Source of the DNA: a virus
DNA length: 41,750 nt
Virus record (IMG/VR): IMGVR_UViG_3300025949_000007
Strand: one strand, 5' to 3'
Shown here one piece after another: positions 1 to 7,564 of the stretch; position 1 is the first letter of the stretch; the number at the start of each line of letters is the position of its first letter. The notes under the pieces were generated by a model. The model had not been told where the DNA came from, did not search any database, and was given only the letters and a program-made list of their open reading frames with translations. Position numbers and translations under genes: made by a program.

Positions 1-127
1 CCGCGGCGGCCCCTGTCTGCTCCTTCACCAACTGCGCCGCCTGGTCCAGGATGGACTGTCGGATCTCGTCGGACAGCACGAACGGCGGCGCATCCACCTG
101 GCGCACCTGCATGTTCTTGAAATCCGG
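1..127. repeat. End overlap copy A: bases 1-127 are identical to 41624-41750
   Basis: Compared both ends base by base and found an exact 127-mer. This fits a circular contig opened at an arbitrary point. Confidence 0.95.
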
Positions 128-322
128 GTTGTGGATCGTCAGCGCCGTAGCACCCGTGCCGATCACGCCGTACGGCACATGAGCGGCGGCAAGGTAGAGC
201 TCTGCCAGGTCACCGAGTTCCGCGGCCACCACACTGTCCGGCAGTGCACCGACGCGGCCGATGCGCACGGCGGCCGACAACACGGTCATCAGCCGTTGCT
301 TGCGCTGCTCCTCGTAGTTCAT
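1..322 (-). CDS. Hypothetical protein, N-terminal part of a junction-spanning gene (continues at 41623 down to 41451)
   Basis: ATG at 322 is preceded by GAGGGGA. The frame (MNYEEQRKQRLMTVLSAAVRIG...) stays open to base 1 and is in phase with ORF 41451..41735. It is missing from the ORF track only because it runs off the window edge. Confidence 0.65.
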   Translation of the reverse strand, partial: MNYEEQRKQRLMTVLSAAVRIGRVGALPDSVVAAELGDLAELYLAAAHVPYGVIGTGATALTIHNPDFKNMQVRQVDAPPFVLSDEIRQSILDQAAQLVKEQTGAAA

Positions 323-334
323 GAGTTCCCCTCA

Positions 335-892
335 TCAGTCCAATTTGGACGGATCAACGCCGACCACCTCATAGGTGACGTGCGTTTTGTTCGTCGCCTC
401 CACGCGCACCGGCTTGTTCAGGCCGAGAAGCTTCGCCCGCTCCGCATCGTGCGCTCGGATCTCCTTGCGCGCCTGAACGTTGACGGCATCGTCCAGCAGC
501 GGCTCACCGATGAGAAGGAGCAGCAGTTCGCGTGTCACCTCGCCGCCGTTGCGTTCGATGAGCTCTTCGATCTCCTTGCGCTGGCGAGGTGACACGCCGG
601 CGCGCACTACGTGGCCGTTGTCCACCAACGGATGGTCGGCTTCGGCAATCTCGGTCAGTTGGGCGATGGCGGCATCGTGGCGTTGCACGATGGCTTCCAC
701 TTCCGCCTTTGCATCCATGACGATCTCGTTCTGGATGCGTTCCACTTCTTCGTGGATGTCCTGCCAGCAGTTGCCGTAATTGCCGTTGTAGTATTTGTTC
801 GCAACGGCAGACCAGGGCAAGCCTTTCAGCTTCATGGCGATAGCGGCTGCCTGACGATCCTTGCTTTCCTGCGTCCGACGTCGCCCCGGCAT
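335..892 (-). CDS. Hypothetical DNA-binding protein; possible small terminase subunit
   Basis: 185-aa ORF. It has a basic N-terminus plus an HTH-like segment (AAIAMKLKGLPWSAVANKY), a central coiled-coil-like region, and C-terminal AERAKLLGLNKPVRVE reminiscent of TerS proteins. Function is a guess from memory of the family. Confidence 0.45.
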   Translation of the reverse strand: MPGRRRTQESKDRQAAAIAMKLKGLPWSAVANKYYNGNYGNCWQDIHEEVERIQNEIVMDAKAEVEAIVQRHDAAIAQLTEIAEADHPLVDNGHVVRAGVSPRQRKEIEELIERNGGEVTRELLLLLIGEPLLDDAVNVQARKEIRAHDAERAKLLGLNKPVRVEATNKTHVTYEVVGVDPSKLD

Positions 893-898
893 GGTAAA

Positions 899-1477
899 TC
901 AGCCCCGGTTCTTGAGAGCAGATGCTTGCGCCTCCGACGGCGTTTCCATCGGCACGCCGGCCGCCTTCACCAGCGCGAGGAATTCGCGCACGTTCATACG
1001 CGCCAACCGATCGCCATGTCCGCGGAAGTAGTCCGGCATGATGTCGTCCCATCGTGCCGCGGTTCCCGTCGGCAAATTGACGTGGTGAGCGCAGATAGCC
1101 AACGACGCCACCAGCCGCACTGGCAGCCAAGCGAACCAGCCGTCCACCTCCGCGCATCCGATGCGCTTCTCGATGATGACGGCGAACGGCAGTCCGGCTG
1201 CCAGTGCCTGGTCGTTGGCCGCTTCCCAGATGTCGGCCAGCTTCTTCCCGGGCACGAACTGGTCAGCCCCGCGCTGGTGCCCCTTGGCCTGCACCAGGAA
1301 CGGCACGCCGGCGAAGTCCCCCTCGTCGCCGGACTCCGTGTGCCTGTTGCGCCAGCCAGTGCGCACGAGCCGTTTGGATGCCGGCCAGTACTGGCGCAGG
1401 AAGCGGGCAACGCGCTGCTCCGTCTCGCGACCGGAGTACCGGTTGCTCGCTCCCTGGCTCTTCACCCGCGCCGTCAC
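899..1477 (-). CDS. Putative PD-(D/E)XK-type endonuclease / Holliday-junction-resolvase-like protein
   Basis: 192-aa ORF whose GTG start overlaps the upstream stop (GTGA). GRETEQRVARFL ... GDEGDFAGVPFLVQAKG fits a D-x(n)-(E/Q)-x-K nuclease core. Confidence 0.45.
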   Translation of the reverse strand: MTARVKSQGASNRYSGRETEQRVARFLRQYWPASKRLVRTGWRNRHTESGDEGDFAGVPFLVQAKGHQRGADQFVPGKKLADIWEAANDQALAAGLPFAVIIEKRIGCAEVDGWFAWLPVRLVASLAICAHHVNLPTGTAARWDDIMPDYFRGHGDRLARMNVREFLALVKAAGVPMETPSEAQASALKNRG

Positions 1478-2337
1478 AGTCCCTCGATCGCGAACGGGTT
1501 GACCTCGTCGACGACGGCCGGCGCCGCGTCCAGCGCGTCGAACACGTCGGCGATGGCGTCCGCCTGCTGCGCCGGCACATCGTCGGCCGGCGTAACCGCC
1601 TGCACGGCGCTGCCCTTCGGTGCGGCCTTGCGGCGACGCTTGGGCGCGGCCACGACGGCGTCAGCAGTCTTGGCCACCGCGGCCACGTTCTCCTCGCGAG
1701 TCGGCAGTGCCACCTCCGCGGCGGCCAGCGCCGACAGCTCAGCGTTGCCGGCCGTGCCGTTGTCGGCCGCTTCCTGCGCCGCCCGGCGCCCCTGCTCCTG
1801 GGCGGGCGAGAGTCCTATTGCGGCGTCCGGGTCGGCGGCGATCGCATCGTTGACGGCCGCCTCCGTCGCGAGCTGCGCCGCGGCGACCGACTCCGGCGTC
1901 AGCGTGACGGCGTCTCGTGCCAACAACTCCGCGCGCTGCGCCCGCAGCATCGGCAGCGCCAGGTTGAACCGCGCGCCCGGCGTGAAACCGAACGACGCCA
2001 TGAAGGTCAACTCCTCGTCGACCGCCTCGCCGTAGCGCACGCCGTCGGTGTAGGCGTAGACGCCGTCGCGGGCGACCAGCCATCCCTCCGTCGCCGCGGG
2101 CGCCCACAGACCCAGCTCCGCCAGCACGGACGACGCCAGCGCCGTCGACCACTCCGGCAGCACGGCCAGCACGCACGGTGGCGTGAAGTCGGTGCCGACG
2201 GTCAGCTTGGCCGACCCGTCGGTGGAGTCCACTCGCAGACTGGCCGTGTAGCTCATGCCGGCGTCGGGCCGCCCGTCGTTCTTGTTCGCCGGATTGAACG
2301 CGACGTCGATCACGGCACCGCGGATGGTCAGCTTCAT
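1474..2337 (-). CDS. Hypothetical protein with SSB-like architecture (folded N-domain, Ala/Pro-rich linker, acidic NPF tip)
   Basis: 287-aa ORF with high GC3. The N-terminal ~130 aa look beta-rich, followed by a long low-complexity A/P/E linker. The C-terminus is DALDAAPAVVDEVNPFAIEGL. Confidence 0.6.
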   Translation of the reverse strand: MKLTIRGAVIDVAFNPANKNDGRPDAGMSYTASLRVDSTDGSAKLTVGTDFTPPCVLAVLPEWSTALASSVLAELGLWAPAATEGWLVARDGVYAYTDGVRYGEAVDEELTFMASFGFTPGARFNLALPMLRAQRAELLARDAVTLTPESVAAAQLATEAAVNDAIAADPDAAIGLSPAQEQGRRAAQEAADNGTAGNAELSALAAAEVALPTREENVAAVAKTADAVVAAPKRRRKAAPKGSAVQAVTPADDVPAQQADAIADVFDALDAAPAVVDEVNPFAIEGL

Positions 2338-2341
2338 CGGT

Positions 2342-2881
2342 TCAGTTCCCCTCGTCCCATGAGATCCACTTCTTCACGTCGGCAGCGCCACACCGCACCA
2401 CCGTACGGTTACGATTCGACCACGTCCAGCCCTGGTCAAACGACCATTTGGGAAACGTTACTAACTCGCCGTCAGGGTAGCTCATCGGAGGATGCCACAA
2501 CCACGTACGCCCCTCGGTCGTCTTGCGCCCCTCCGTGCGATCGCTGTCCGCCTCGCGGGCGCCGACTCGGCCCAGCGTCGGCCAGGTGGTGCGCGTCCAC
2601 AGCGCGGTGGCCCGCCGAATGACCCCCGACCGCTCCAGATGGAAACGAAGGCTCAGAGCGTCTGTGAGCCCTCCGACACCCCCGGCAGCGGTCAGGGTAT
2701 TCCCCCGACTGAAAAGTCCCTCCACGCGCCAGCCAGACCGCAGTGCGGCCCGATGTAGCACCCGCCAGGGACCCTCGCCGTACATCGGGTCGTCGTCGTC
2801 CAGCCAGACCGACACCAACGGCCACGCGATCGGAGAGCCCTTGACCAGGTCCGGCCCGGCGTCGCTCACGTAGGCCGTCAC
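2342..2881 (-). CDS. Hypothetical protein (Trp-rich, about 179 aa)
   Basis: Shortened from track ORF 2342..3181. The GTG at 2881 overlaps the stop of the upstream gene (GTGA). The region upstream in this frame is R/P-rich junk, and the other frame carries the GC3 signal there. Confidence 0.6.
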   Translation of the reverse strand: MTAYVSDAGPDLVKGSPIAWPLVSVWLDDDDPMYGEGPWRVLHRAALRSGWRVEGLFSRGNTLTAAGGVGGLTDALSLRFHLERSGVIRRATALWTRTTWPTLGRVGAREADSDRTEGRKTTEGRTWLWHPPMSYPDGELVTFPKWSFDQGWTWSNRNRTVVRCGAADVKKWISWDEGN

Positions 2882-3210
2882 CGGTGCAACCCTGCCCACA
2901 TCGTCCGGTACACGAACGGCGACCAGACCCGACGCCGCGGCGGCAAGGCGGCGAGGTGGGTCCCGAAGCCCCGGCGTCGGACGCGTGGGGCGGCCGGCGC
3001 TGGCGACGTCTCGGCAATCCACCGGCTGACCAGGTCGGCGAAGACGGCCGGGTCCGCCTCCGACTGCGGCATTTCGAGGATGCCCTTTGGCGTCACGGCG
3101 CGGTGTTTCGGCGCCGGCACCGCCGGTCGCCGGCTGGCGCGACCGATCGCCATCCAGGCGGCGACGATGCCGCACCCGCACAGTCCCATCAGCACTCCGA
3201 CCAGGTCCAT
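2878..3210 (-). CDS. Hypothetical membrane-anchored protein
   Basis: 110-aa ORF with an N-terminal hydrophobic helix (MDLVGVLMGLCGCGIVAAWMAIG) and high GC3 to the stop. The ATG lies 6 nt after a -10-like hexamer, so the transcript may be leaderless. Confidence 0.6.
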   Translation of the reverse strand: MDLVGVLMGLCGCGIVAAWMAIGRASRRPAVPAPKHRAVTPKGILEMPQSEADPAVFADLVSRWIAETSPAPAAPRVRRRGFGTHLAALPPRRRVWSPFVYRTMWAGLHR

Positions 3211-3245
3211 ACCGCCATGCTCCCTGTCGTTAATAACCCTGTCAA
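3211..3245 (-). promoter_or_regulatory. Promoter P1 with conserved box: TTGACA-GGGTTATTAACGACAGG-GAGCAT, then 6 nt to the ATG at 3210
   Basis: The minus strand reads TTGACAGGGTTATTAACGACAGGGAGCATGGCGGTATG. It matches the sequence at 39019..39054 in 17 of its first 18 nt. It contains the palindrome GTTA-T-TAAC. Confidence 0.5.
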
Positions 3246-3463
3246 GCCCGTGTGCGCCAATCGTGGTTCGAGCCGCCCTTGCTGGTCAGGTCCTGGCCGG
3301 GCGGATGGTTCAGCAACAGCCGGGCCGCGGCGAGGTGGAACGCCGCCCTGGACGTCAGCCACGCATCCGTGACCGCATCGTCTCCAGCGTTGGCCGCCTG
3401 GCCGCCGAGGGCCATGCCCTCGTTCCAATGCTTGCCGGCCGTCCAGCCTTCGTAACTGCTCAT
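3242..3463 (-). CDS. Hypothetical protein (73 aa)
   Basis: ATG start and high GC3 throughout (MSSYEGWTAGKHWNEGMALGG...). It follows the hairpin downstream of the primase gene. Confidence 0.55.
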   Translation of the reverse strand: MSSYEGWTAGKHWNEGMALGGQAANAGDDAVTDAWLTSRAAFHLAAARLLLNHPPGQDLTSKGGSNHDWRTRA

Positions 3464-3517
3464 GAGGTAAGCCTTACCTTCGTCGTCGTTCCGTCGTTCT
3501 CACACTCGCCCGCCCCG

Positions 3518-3542
3518 CCCCGCCCCTTATAAAGGGGCGGGG
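3518..3542 (-). terminator. GC-rich hairpin (11-bp stem CCCCGCCCCTT / AAGGGGCGGGG, 3-nt loop) downstream of the primase-helicase gene
   Basis: Perfect inverted repeat read directly. There is no U-tract on the minus strand. It could be a terminator or part of an origin. Confidence 0.5.
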
Positions 3543-3700
3543 GCAGCGGGGCACTAGGGTCTGCCCCAGACTGCCCCACGATCTTGGGGGCAGTCATTTT
3601 CCCAGCTCAAAGGGGTTAAGACGATCGGTCTGCCCTCCGACTGCCCCCCTGCCCCCATGATCATCTGGGGCACCCCCTTTTTCATGATCAACTGGGGCAG
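3540..3700. repeat. Cluster of CTGCCCC / GGGGCAG heptamers (candidate iterons)
   Basis: Perfect copies lie at 3540-3546(rc), 3561-3567, 3571-3577, 3587-3593(rc), 3641-3647, 3649-3655 and 3694-3700(rc). One-mismatch copies lie at 3548-3554, 3630-3636 and 3667-3673. There is also a near-direct repeat CATGATCA(T/A)CTGGGGCA at 3656 and 3683. Confidence 0.6.
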
Positions 3701-5726
3701 TACTCTTCATACCTCTATTCCGACTTTCGGACGAATCATCGTGTCCACCATTAGGACTAGCATCTATGTACTCAGAGTGAACGGCCATACACTCTTTGAC
3801 GTGTTTCTGGAGATCTGCCAACCAGCGCTTGCTGCGCACCCGGAACGCGATCTCCGGATGCCGTTCCGCCAGCCAGCCGCCCAGCGCACGCTGCGACAGG
3901 CCACGCGCCTCCACGTCGACGCTCACCAGGTGGCAGGCGTGCGCCACGCTGGCCCAGACCACCTCGCCCGGCGTCTCCTTGACTTCCGACAGGGTCAAAG
4001 ACGTCTCCGGCTCCCCGTCGGCATCCACGGTGCCGGTCAACGTCACAGCGGCGGCCAGCACGATCTCCGGATGCAGCTCACTGTCCTTCGACTTCGCGTG
4101 CCGCAGGATGCGGTCACAGTCCAGCCCGGGTGACTGCTCGGTCGGCTCCCGCCAGATGGTCCATGCTTCGTCCGCGTCGTCGGTCAGCGACGACGACCCA
4201 CGCGCCCGCAGACCCTCGTGTCCCGTGTGGTGCACCAGCAGCACCGTGGCGCCGCCGCTGGTCAGCCTGCGGGCCGCGGCCATCACCACGGACATGTCAC
4301 CGGAGTCGTTCTCATTGAGCCCTGACGCCGACTGGTGCACGGTGTCGATGACCACCTGCACCACACCCAGCGTTCCCGCCAGCTCCGCCAGCTCCGCCTG
4401 ACCAGCCGAGTCGCGGAACTGCACGGCCCTGGGCAGCAGGAGGAAGTCCTCCGGCACGTCGTCCAGTCCCCGCGCCCGCGTCCAGGCCAGCGCCCGCTTC
4501 CGCACGCCGTTGGCGCCTTCGGCGGCCACGTACAGCACCGGACCGGACCGCTTGACCGCGTGCCCCATCCAGTCCAGTCCGGTGGCCACCGACAGCGCCC
4601 AGTCCAGCGCGACGAACGATTTGTACGATTGGTTCATACCGGTCAAGAGGGCCAGACTGCCCTGCCCCAGCACGCCCGCGATCAACGGCCGGGGCGCGGC
4701 CATGCCCCGAAGCTGGCTACCGCGAAGTAGCTGGTCGGCCAGTGTCTGCCCCGTTGCCCCAGTCTGCCCCGGGGCATCCGGGGCGGCGTCGAACGGGTTG
4801 GCGTGCGCGTCCAGGATCCGCGCCCGGTCGCCCGCCTTGACCGCATTCGCCCAGGAGTCGTCGAAGCCCCGCCGGGCGTGCGCCCAGTCCTTGACCGGCA
4901 CCGCCGAGGTGTGAAGCGCCTCGCGGCAGCGTTCCCAGAGCCACTCTTTGACGCCCAGCGCCTCGAACTTGCCCAGCGACCGGGCCGCCGCGATCAGCGC
5001 CGTGTACTTGCCGTCGGGGGCGCACGCGGCCAGCCGAGCGATGACGTGCCGGCAGTAGGTCAGCGCCTGGTCGGGCGTGAACACGCCGCTGTGCTCCGTC
5101 GGCGCGGCGAACGGATCGTCCGGCATGACCGCCGACGCTGGCGCCCCCGCGGGGGCGCCCACTGCGGCCACCACGACGTCGGGCACCGGCGAGAGGCGGT
5201 CGGCCGCCACGATGGCCCCGACTGCGGTGTAGGCCTGCTCCGGCGCGTTGACCAGCCACGCCCCCGGCGCGAAGGCCAGGTCGTTGACCGCCCCGCGCGT
5301 GTCCACCTTGGGCAGCCGCCCCGCGGAGTTGCCCAGCGCCACGCCGTTGGGTCTGCGCCGGAAGTAGAACTGCCAGCCGCCTGACCGGGTGCGCACCTGC
5401 AAAGCTCCGCGCGGCAGGTCGCCCCAACTGCGCTCGCCCACAGGGTCGCCGTCGAGGCCGACGTCCAGGTCCACCACCTCGACGCCGCTGGCGTGCACGT
5501 CCACGGCGAACGAGCGACGCGGGTCGTCCACCCACCATGCCCGGATCTGGTCCGGATCGGTGCTGGAGCGCAGCCGCGCGCCGGCGCGGTCGTACGGAAA
5601 GGTGCACTGCTTGTCGCCGTCGGGCTTGAGCTCCAGCACCACCGGCAACAGCGCGTATCCAGCCGCTGCCAGCTCCAGCGCCACCGACAGGCAGCGGCTG
5701 GCCGGCGTCACCTCAAGCGCCGTCAC
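3594..5726 (-). CDS. Bifunctional DNA primase-polymerase (prim-pol N-domain) fused to a RepA/DnaB-like RecA-fold NTPase (AAA_25-like)
   Basis: GTG at 5726 overlaps the upstream stop (GTGA). The N-domain (LLPV...VVDLD...VRTRSGGWQFYF...VDTRG) is typical of prim-pol. The central part has a Walker-A-like LLTGMNQSYKS, and VVIDTV...LLVHHTG has a RecA-like fold. Confidence 0.75.
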   Translation of the reverse strand: MTALEVTPASRCLSVALELAAAGYALLPVVLELKPDGDKQCTFPYDRAGARLRSSTDPDQIRAWWVDDPRRSFAVDVHASGVEVVDLDVGLDGDPVGERSWGDLPRGALQVRTRSGGWQFYFRRRPNGVALGNSAGRLPKVDTRGAVNDLAFAPGAWLVNAPEQAYTAVGAIVAADRLSPVPDVVVAAVGAPAGAPASAVMPDDPFAAPTEHSGVFTPDQALTYCRHVIARLAACAPDGKYTALIAAARSLGKFEALGVKEWLWERCREALHTSAVPVKDWAHARRGFDDSWANAVKAGDRARILDAHANPFDAAPDAPGQTGATGQTLADQLLRGSQLRGMAAPRPLIAGVLGQGSLALLTGMNQSYKSFVALDWALSVATGLDWMGHAVKRSGPVLYVAAEGANGVRKRALAWTRARGLDDVPEDFLLLPRAVQFRDSAGQAELAELAGTLGVVQVVIDTVHQSASGLNENDSGDMSVVMAAARRLTSGGATVLLVHHTGHEGLRARGSSSLTDDADEAWTIWREPTEQSPGLDCDRILRHAKSKDSELHPEIVLAAAVTLTGTVDADGEPETSLTLSEVKETPGEVVWASVAHACHLVSVDVEARGLSQRALGGWLAERHPEIAFRVRSKRWLADLQKHVKECMAVHSEYIDASPNGGHDDSSESRNRGMKSTAPVDHEKGGAPDDHGGRGAVGGQTDRLNPFELGK

Positions 5727-6097
5727 GCGACAGCCGTCCGGCGGTAGTCGACGATGCGCGCCAGCTGGCCGAAGGGTTGCTGGAGCACCCGAAAGGCGAT
5801 CACGTCGCCCACCCGCACGGTGTGCTGCCACCCGTCGTCGACGTGCACCAGGGCGTGCGCCCGCTTCTCGTCGACCACCAGCAGGAGCACGCCCCAGGGA
5901 TCGTCGACGTGGTCCAGCGCGTACACCTGGGCGACGAACAGGCCGTTGCTCCAGGTCGTCTCGATCTCCGCCAGGTCACAGCCGCGCGTGCGCAACAACG
6001 ACAGGTGACCAAGCAGGGCGACCGCGGGCAGCGGATCCGGTTGTGCGGCCGGCGTCGGCCCGTTAGCCTGGGTCACGTTCAGGTCACATCCTCTCAT
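5723..6097 (-). CDS. Hypothetical protein (start uncertain: ATG 6097 has no SD; GTG 6073 has GAGGA upstream)
   Basis: 124-aa ORF whose stop overlaps the primase start. GC3 is high in the C-terminal two-thirds. Confidence 0.55.
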   Translation of the reverse strand: MRGCDLNVTQANGPTPAAQPDPLPAVALLGHLSLLRTRGCDLAEIETTWSNGLFVAQVYALDHVDDPWGVLLLVVDEKRAHALVHVDDGWQHTVRVGDVIAFRVLQQPFGQLARIVDYRRTAVA

Positions 6098-6132
6098 TGA
6101 CGTGCGTAGATGTGATCATCGTTCGCTCTGCT

Positions 6133-6177
6133 GACTACGCCCCGGCCACGTCCCCCGACAGTGACCGGGGCGTAGTC
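6133..6177 (-). terminator. Hairpin (13-bp perfect stem GACTACGCCCCGG / CCGGGGCGTAGTC, 19-nt loop) just downstream of the RHH gene
   Basis: Inverted repeat read directly. It lies in the 119-nt gap between the RHH gene stop (6217) and the next gene. Confidence 0.5.
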
Positions 6178-6216
6178 GTGTCCGGACCGTCATCCTGCGC
6201 CACTGGCGCGGATGTG

Positions 6217-6645
6217 TCACTCACCCCGCTCCTGGGCGATCAGCTCCGCGCGCGACATCGGGCGGCCGGCGAGCTGGTTGCCGACCCGCGTCATGCCGAC
6301 GGGCGTCGCGCGCATCTCGTCGGCCACGAACTCCTCCGCCTTCACCACGTCGGCGTGCTCCTGCGGCGTCAGCGAACGCGGTCCGCGCACCAGGGCGGCC
6401 CCGGCGGATGTCGTCACCACCTCGCAGACCTGCGCCCCCTCGTCGGTCTTCGCGTACTCCTCGGTTGCCTTCTCGATGTCCTTGCGCACGTCCAACGCCT
6501 CCATGATCAGTGTGCGGATGCAGTCGCCCAGCGACTCGAACTCTTCCGTGGCCGCCAGTGTCCGCAGGGCGGCTTCTTGCTCCGGCGAGGTGGCGTAGCT
6601 GAGCCGAACGGGGAACTTCGGTTCGCCGTACTGGGATGCCGGCAT
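6217..6645 (-). CDS. Ribbon-helix-helix (CopG/Arc-like) DNA-binding regulator with a C-terminal extension
   Basis: 142 aa. FPVRLSYATSPEQEAALRTLAATEEFESLGDCIRTLIMEAL fits a beta-strand/helix/helix RHH layout. A strong GGAGG RBS is present. It is the first gene of the leftward arm, next to the switch. Confidence 0.6.
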   Translation of the reverse strand: MPASQYGEPKFPVRLSYATSPEQEAALRTLAATEEFESLGDCIRTLIMEALDVRKDIEKATEEYAKTDEGAQVCEVVTTSAGAALVRGPRSLTPQEHADVVKAEEFVADEMRATPVGMTRVGNQLAGRPMSRAELIAQERGE

Positions 6646-6678
6646 GTAAACCTCCTGGTCACGACGGGTGTCGGAGAT

Positions 6679-6707
6679 ACCCTACGGACTGGGTATTGAC
6701 CCGTCAA
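6679..6707 (-). promoter_or_regulatory. Leftward promoter: TTGACG (rc of 6702-6707), 17 nt, TAGGGT (rc of 6679-6684)
   Basis: Sigma-70-like hexamers with 17-nt spacing, about 30 nt upstream of the GGAGG RBS of the RHH gene. Confidence 0.55.
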
Positions 6708-6725
6708 TAACCGTGTGCCTACGCT
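6696..6725 (+). promoter_or_regulatory. Rightward promoter: TTGACC (6696-6701), 18 nt, TACGCT (6720-6725)
   Basis: Sigma-70-like hexamers upstream of the GAGGGGGA RBS and GTG 6762. Its -35 abuts the -35 of the leftward promoter inside a 22-bp near-palindrome (6691-6712). Confidence 0.55.
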
Positions 6726-6761
6726 GACCCCTCACCCACCCTACGAGCGAGGGGGACCACC

Positions 6762-7187
6762 GTGAAGGTGTTCGCCTTCCGGCCGCCCGGATTCAGCACG
6801 AATCCGCTGGTCGGAATCACCGTGCCGGAGCTGTCCGACCTGGACGAGAGAACTCTGGGTCGGCTGGTCGACGAGATGCGCCATCGCCTGATGATCCGGG
6901 ACACCCTGGTCACGATCGAGCGGCTGTACTGGTCGGCGTCGGTCAGTCAGGCGTGCTGGTCGACCATCCACGGCGCCGTGCTTGAGGAACTGCACCGCCG
7001 GGCGCTGGTGGAGCACGTGGAGAGGCGGGCGCAGCGGCTGGCCGGACGGGAAGCGCTGTCGGCGGAAGCGGGTCGCGCGCTGGCCGCCTATCGGGCGGCG
7101 AAGTCCGTCCCGGGCGTGCGGCCGACCGATCGGCGCTGGTGGCCGACCCCCAAGGGTGTGGCCGCAGCGAAGGAGACCGAACAGTGA
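6762..7187 (+). CDS. Hypothetical protein (141 aa), first gene of the rightward arm
   Basis: GTG start with GAGGGGGA RBS and high GC3. Confidence 0.65.
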   Translation: MKVFAFRPPGFSTNPLVGITVPELSDLDERTLGRLVDEMRHRLMIRDTLVTIERLYWSASVSQACWSTIHGAVLEELHRRALVEHVERRAQRLAGREALSAEAGRALAAYRAAKSVPGVRPTDRRWWPTPKGVAAAKETEQ

Positions 7188-7564
7188 GCGAGTCCGCGCG
7201 GGCACTGTGCCAGATCATCGAACGCCGGCCGTTCCTCACGCTGACCGACCGCGAGGTGGAGTTGCTCGCCACGGCGTTGAGCGAACAGGCGGTCAGTTCG
7301 AACCTCCCGTCACGGTCGCTGGGTCAGGAGTTCGCCGAACTGGCACACAAGGCCTGGGGTGAGCTGAAGGCGCGACGGCTGGACCTGGCGTCGAAGATGA
7401 CGGCGGAGCGCGCGCTCCGCGAAGGCACCTGGCCGTCGCCGGAGCGCTGCGACAGCTTCACCATCTCTCGGCTGATGAACACGCCGATTCAGTGCCAGGA
7501 CAAACAGGGACACGACGGGAAGCACTACAACGGACCGAAGTACGCACGGCAGGAGTGGGAGTAA
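7184..7564 (+). CDS. Hypothetical protein (126 aa)
   Basis: GTG 7184 overlaps the upstream stop (GTGA) and AGGAGA lies upstream. Trimmed from track ORF 7139..7564. Confidence 0.6.
   Translation: MSESARALCQIIERRPFLTLTDREVELLATALSEQAVSSNLPSRSLGQEFAELAHKAWGELKARRLDLASKMTAERALREGTWPSPERCDSFTISRLMNTPIQCQDKQGHDGKHYNGPKYARQEWE

Noticed and set aside
1-127. The 127-bp end repeat as a genuine direct terminal repeat of the virion DNA
   Set aside because: An exact overlap of this particular length is what assemblers leave on circular contigs, and a gene reads straight through it. I cannot exclude a true DTR without reads, so I report it only as circular closure.
611-2622. Long plus-strand ORFs 611..2035 (474 aa) and 1204..2622 (472 aa)
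   Set aside because: They lie antisense to, or out of frame with, well-supported minus-strand genes. Their translations are R/A/P/G-rich low-complexity sequence typical of shadow ORFs in high-GC DNA. They have no RBS or coupling signals.
3540-3700. CTGCCCC heptamer cluster as a CRISPR-like or tandem-repeat array
   Set aside because: The units are only 7 nt, occur in both orientations with irregular spacing, and partly lie inside a coding region. There is no repeat-spacer periodicity. An iteron/origin interpretation fits better.
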